The position numbers were made by a program, and so were the translations under genes. The notes under the pieces were generated by a model. That model was not told the DNA's origin, ran no database searches, and was given only the letters and a program-made list of their open reading frames with translations. Below, in pieces: positions 59,146-64,000 of a stretch of DNA of 64,000 nt. The DNA comes from Blastocladiella emersonii ATCC 22665 (taxonomy: Eukaryota > Fungi > Blastocladiomycota): assembly GCA_025594325.1 (NCBI GenBank), contig JANHCV010000001.1:4402001-4466000 (forward strand), written 5' to 3'. The stretch's first letter is position 1. Each line of letters starts with the position of its first letter.

Positions 59146-59649
59146 ACTTCATTGTACATCCTCCCTTTTTGTTCATCTCTCCTCTCCCCTTCCCTCCCTG
59201 CCGTGTAAAATGCAATAGTCTGCAACTTCTCAACCATGTCCGCCTGTCTCGCGCACCACGCACCCGTCCCCGCGCCTCCCCGGACAGCGGCACCGCGCTC
59301 ACGCCCGCCCACGGCGACAGCGCTCAAGAATAGCGACGCTGCGACGCCGACCCCGCCACCGGATGCCCGCGCTCTCGGGAGAACTCGCTGCGGCTCCGGC
59401 GTCGTCGCCCGTAGGCATGGACGAGACGATGCAAACTCTAGCGCTCGATTGGCCTCGGCAGCGCGGCGCCCGTCTCAGCGTCGCCGTTTGCGAGATGAGT
59501 CGGGGGGCGTCGCCGGGATGAAAGACGGCACGGCGTTGTCAGGGCGATCCCTGGACGTCTCGCGCGAGCCCGACTCCGCAAGTACCGGGCTCCCCCCCGC
59601 ACCCCTCCATCGTACTCGCCTCGCTCGATCGCACACCTTGCAACCAACC

Positions 59650-61022
59650 ATGGCATCGCAGTCGCGCGCGGCGCTGATGCGCGCCCTGCAGCTCGGGCTC
59701 GGATTTGTGCTCGTCTTCAGTGCGTTGTACGTGCATCGCGCGCGGAGAACCGCGACCGCGACCCCGAGGGCTCACGTCCCTCGCCTCGCCCATGTAGCAA
59801 CTTCTCGCAGTCGTTCGTGACGACGCTGTACCCGGCCGAGGGCTTCAACGTGCTGGCAACCATTTACGCATTCTACATTCTGTCGTCGCTGGGCGCGCCG
59901 TACCTGACGCACCGGGTCCCGCTCAACCTCATCTTCCTGGCGTGCGCCGCCGTGTATGCGCTGTTCATCTTCGCCATCAACTGGGGCGTCGCCGCGCTGT
60001 ACGTGACGTCGGCGCTCGTCGGGCTCGCCGCGGGGGCCTTCTGGGTGCACGAGGGGTTCTATATCACAGTGGTGAGCTCGTCGTTTGGCGTCGATGTCGG
60101 CAAACTCACGTCCACGTTCCTCGCCGTCTTCACCATCAACTGCATGGCGGGCAACGCGCTGCCGCTGATCCTCATGTCCGCGGGGATTCCCATGTCCACG
60201 ATCCTGATCACTATGGGCGCCATCGCGCTCGCCGGCGGTCTCATCATGGCGTTCCTCCCCAAACCGTACCCGGCGGGCGCTGAGCCGTCCGCAGCGGCCG
60301 CCGCCGCGTCGCAGTCCGTGTCCCTGGGCGCGCAGTTCCGCGCCATGGGCCGGCTCGCGACGTCGCGGCCCATGACGGATTGCCTTGCGCTGATCCTGTG
60401 GAACGGGTCGCTGACGTCGCTGGCGTTCGGCAACATGCCGCGGTTCCTGCCGGCGGACGTGGCGGGGTCGACGCTGGTCCCGTCCATGTTCATCGCGTAC
60501 GGGTTCACGGGCACCGTCGGGTCGCCGCTGTGGGGCCGCGCCTACGACCGGTGGGGCACGCTGCCGCTCGTCGTCGGCGTCGCCGTGCTGGGCGTCGCGA
60601 CGTACGCGCTCACGCTCGTCGCGATCAACGCGCCCGACGCGATCGGGCGCGCCGGGTGGATCGTGGCGATGGGCGCGCTCGGCGCGCTCGATAACGCGAC
60701 GAATTGCCTCATCAACTTCTCGCTCGCGTCGTGGTTCCCGAGCGGCGACGATACCTCGCCCGCGTTCGCCGTGTACCGGTTGACGTTCTGCCTCGGGTTC
60801 ATCGTCCTGTCGCTGCTCAGCAACCTCAACCTGTGGCAGGTCATCCTCGTCATCAACATCATCCTCATGGTCCTCACCGTGCTCACCTTCGGCCTGCGGC
60901 TGCGCCGGATCAAGCGCGAGGCGGCCACGGACCGCGAGGCCGGTTCGCCTGCCGCAACCGCTGCGGCGACGGGCGCCGACGAGGCCGTGGATGTCGCTGA
61001 CAAGCCTCAGATCGCAGTCTAG
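59650..61022 (+). CDS. UNC-93-like MFS transporter; 2 exons
   Basis: Spliced LGFVLVFSAFNFSQSFVTTL..GFNVLATIYAF; SALVGLAAGAFWVHEGFY; about 10-12 hydrophobic segments; AFAVYRL. Confidence 0.78.
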
Positions 61023-61130
61023 GACACGAGAGAAGTCATGTTTATACATTGCGCGCGGCGGCGCGCGCTCACGCCCCTATAGTTTACATTATATACACAG
61101 GTTTCTTGACCCGACTCGCGGCCGTCGACC

Positions 61131-62245
61131 TTAGCGGCAGGTATCCTCGAAGCGCGTCGACATGAAGTCGTCCTTTTCGGCGGCCGGGATCGTGGCCCAC
61201 GAGAGCGGGCGACCGTTGGCTACACGAGGGGCGAGGGGTGAGAGTCAGAGAGGTGGTCGGGGTCGGAGGGGTGGTCGCGGGCAGCACCCGTGGCGGAAAC
61301 CGTACTGTGGACGTCGAGGCGCTCGGCGTACTGGACGTGCTCCATGTGGAGCATGTAGACGTGGCCGTTGTGACTGCTCGAGAGACACTAGCGTCAGTTT
61401 GGTGGGGGAGTGAGGGAAGTTAGTTTGGTCGGCGAGGGTCGGACCGCGGCGACAGACGGCGACGTACCGCCTTGCACGGCTGCGTCACGGAGTAGCCCAC
61501 CTGGTTACCGCTACACAAACGACGAGGTTGTCAGTATCCATCGGCTCAAAGATGCGGAGCGACTGGTGTACCAGCACAGGCACGCGACGTCGCGGATGCG
61601 GCACTGGCACTTCTCGGTCGTGTAGTCGTCGCCGAACATGGCGATGGTCGCGGGCGGCGAGTCGGTCGAGAACAGCTCGACGCCCGCGTCCGCGAGCAGG
61701 ATCGCCTTCATGCCGCGGTGGCACACCAGCGTCCCGCAGTACTTGCAGTTGAGCATGCACACGACCTTGGCGCGGTACCGCTGCGAGTGCCCGTGGTGGT
61801 GCTGCGCCGACGACGACGACGTCGTGTAGTTGCCGGTACCGGCACCGGCGCTCAGGCTCGGCGACCCGTACGACCCCGCTAACGACGGACTCGTCAGGAA
61901 CGAGTAGTACTGCGCCGCCGTCGAGTACTGCGCCACGGCCGGCGCGTGGTTGAGCTCGCGCGTCGCCGCCGATGCGGGCGCACCGAACGAGAAGGTGAGC
62001 GGCGGCATGGCACGCGGCTCGTGTTGTTGCTGCTGCTGCTGCTGCTGCTGGGGCGCGGCCGCCGCGTCGACGGTCTGGGCCCGCGGCGTGGTCGGGACGG
62101 GGGCCGGGGCGCCGGGGAGGAAGTGCGGGAGGTAGCCCGCGTGCGTCTGCGTCGGCTGCTGTGGGGCCGAGCTACCCGACAGGCTGATCGTGCCCGTGGG
62201 CGCCGCCGTCGTGGTCGTGGTGGTGGTGGTCGAGTTGCCCGACAT
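61131..62245 (-). CDS. FAM72: FAM72-domain protein; 4 exons
   Basis: LNCKYCGTLVCHRGMKAILLADAGVELFSTDSPP..KCQCRIRDVACLC/GNQVGY.V.QPCKA/CLSS.HNGH..RLD/LSWATIP..CR*. Confidence 0.9.
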
Positions 62246-62875
62246 TGTGGTGGCGACCAGTAGTCGGTCGACGGGCGGGCGGGGAGGCACGCGGGGTCAG
62301 GATCGAGGAGGGCACGCGATCCCGATGATCGAACTTGATGGATAGATGTAGTCGCAGGAGCAGTCGATGATGGCTGCGAGGATACTTGATATCGTAGTAA
62401 TAGGTCAAGGATATGACTTAGAGAGATTTGATGAGGGAGCAGAGCGGGAGTGAGGGAGGATGAGGCCGGCTCAAGGGCAGGGGGTCCTCCCACCCGAGCA
62501 AGCTGTGCCCACGAGGTGTGATACATTTGGGCAATATCATAATACTGCGAGTGGAAACCGGGTCTCAACCGCTGCGGCGGACGCAGGTGATTGGTGGACC
62601 GACCGACTGGGAAATGCGTCATGTCTCCAAGGTTTTCGCTCATGAATCAAGGTGGGAAACCTTGGCAATATAGCGGTTCGCCCGCCCGTTTTGCAAGCGA
62701 AAACGAAACGCGTGATCGTGTCTCGCAGGCGCGTCTCGCAGCTGGCAGCGCGTTTCTCACGTGTGTGGCGGCCGATCGTGGCGCCTCTTCGCTTTCGCTT
62801 CGTGGTCGCGGCCGTGCCGTATCAACAACCTCGGTCTTCCCTCCCTCGCTGCGAGCATCACACCCACGTAAGGCC

Positions 62876-63551
62876 ATGTACACTCTCCGCAACGCGATCA
62901 AGCGCACGACCGCGGGCCCGTGCCGGTCGCTCCTGCTGCAGCGCGGCAAGCAGACGGCGTCCGAGTGGAAGGCGCACGGCCAGCGCGGCGGCGTGACGGG
63001 CTCCGGCACCCCGACCCTCGGCAAGAGCGTCGCCATGCTCACCGTGTTCGGCGCGTCCATGTTCGGCCTCACCAAGTACTTTTTGAACATGCAGCGCCGC
63101 AAGAACCGTACGCTTGCTGTCGCGGGGTCCCTCGCCGCTGAGAGACGCTCACCGTGATGGTTTCTAGTCGTCATGGACATTCTCATGTTCCAGCTGCGCA
63201 CGAACCCGACGCTCAAGGACGAGCTCGGCGAGAGCATCGACCTGGCCGGCTGGAAGTGGATCGACGGCGAGATTAACCAGCTGCGTGGTATCGTTGACGT
63301 CAAGTTTGACGTGACCGGCACCAAGGGTACTTCGTCAGTACCTTCGCCCCTTCACCGATCGCGATACTCACGTCCATGGCGCGCGCGTCCGTGTAGGCGG
63401 CGTCGCGACGATCGCCGTCAAGATGCAGCGGTACCCGCACGACCCGACGCGGTGGCAGACGGTCGACTACCACGTCGAGATGCCCGGCAAGTCGTGGAAC
63501 GGCTACGTCGACGACGAGTCGGGCACCCTCGTGCTCCAGGGCGGCCAGTAG
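62876..63551 (+). CDS. COA1: Cytochrome c oxidase assembly factor Coa1-like; 3 exons
   Basis: Presequence, single TM segment, then LRTNP.LKDELGE..WIDGEINQLRG.VDVKFDVTGTKG.G. Confidence 0.78.
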
Positions 63552-63828
63552 TTTTAACCGTCCCGCGGGCTCATTTTTGCTTGATACAACCTCATCCCTG
63601 CTCGCATCCTTGTGGCCCTGTCTCGCACTTGGCCAGTTCTGAGCAAGGACGCGTCAGACTGACTCGGCCAATCGCCGCGATCACGGCGGGAGACGCGTCG
63701 CGCGCGCGAGGAACAAGCACGACGCAGCCGACGCGTCGCGTCCCTCGTCCGAACATGCGTCGAGCTGCCTCTCTTCGCGCCAATTATCCTCGCTAGACTC
63801 TGCTACACCTCAAACACAATCGCGAACC

Positions 63829-64000
63829 ATGCATCAACCCGCCATGCGCCGCCCCTTCCACAAGTTCCTGGCCGTCGCCGCCCTCACGACGCTCCTCCTC
63901 GCCGTCGCGACGTCGGTCCACGCGGCACCCGCCCTTCGGCGGCGCCACGGCGACGCATCGTCCGCCACCGCGCGATCGCTTGTGCTCAACCGGTTCGCGC
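63829..64000 (+). CDS. 5' end of a secreted protein (signal peptide); truncated by the window edge
   Basis: MHQPAMRRPFHKFLAVAALTTLLLAVATSVHA-APALRRRH: hydrophobic core, AxA-like cleavage site and a Kex2-like basic motif. Confidence 0.55.
   Translation, partial: MHQPAMRRPFHKFLAVAALTTLLLAVATSVHAAPALRRRHGDASSATARSLVLNRFA

Overview
GC-rich, gene-dense eukaryotic DNA with short spliceosomal introns (mostly 55-110 nt; donors GTACGT/GTGCGT, branch sites GCTRAC, YAG acceptors). The genes are fungal-type and include the ciliary gene ARMC9, so the source is probably a zoosporic early-diverging fungus such as Blastocladiomycota or a chytrid (inference). About 24 protein-coding genes can be reconstructed by hand, mostly housekeeping: ATP15, NDUFS6, ELG1, an ankyrin-RasGEF, eIF3e, a CDF zinc transporter, PHO84, ARMC9, ERD1, ETFA, BRWD/PHIP, SerRS, GRC3/NOL9, INO80, PRMT1, FAM72, COA1 and others. 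Most long ORFs in the ORF track are antisense or GC shadow frames. The ORF track misses several features. (1) A TATA-preceded unit carries an H/ACA snoRNA (snR34/U65-like, LSU peptidyl-transferase-centre guide) followed by a C/D snoRNA (snR39B-like). It occurs twice, inside a ~1 kb inverted duplication (about 21936-22885 and 31025-32035) that brackets ~8 kb of genes. (2) A LEA_2/DUF3712-like gene has been broken by a fold-back rearrangement. (3) An orphan gene has an in-frame TGA followed by a coding-like, spliced continuation. (4) The BRWD gene has a probable 2-nt microexon and the RasGEF a probable GC-AG intron. All calls are by eye; no searches were run, and rRNA target sequences are recalled from yeast.
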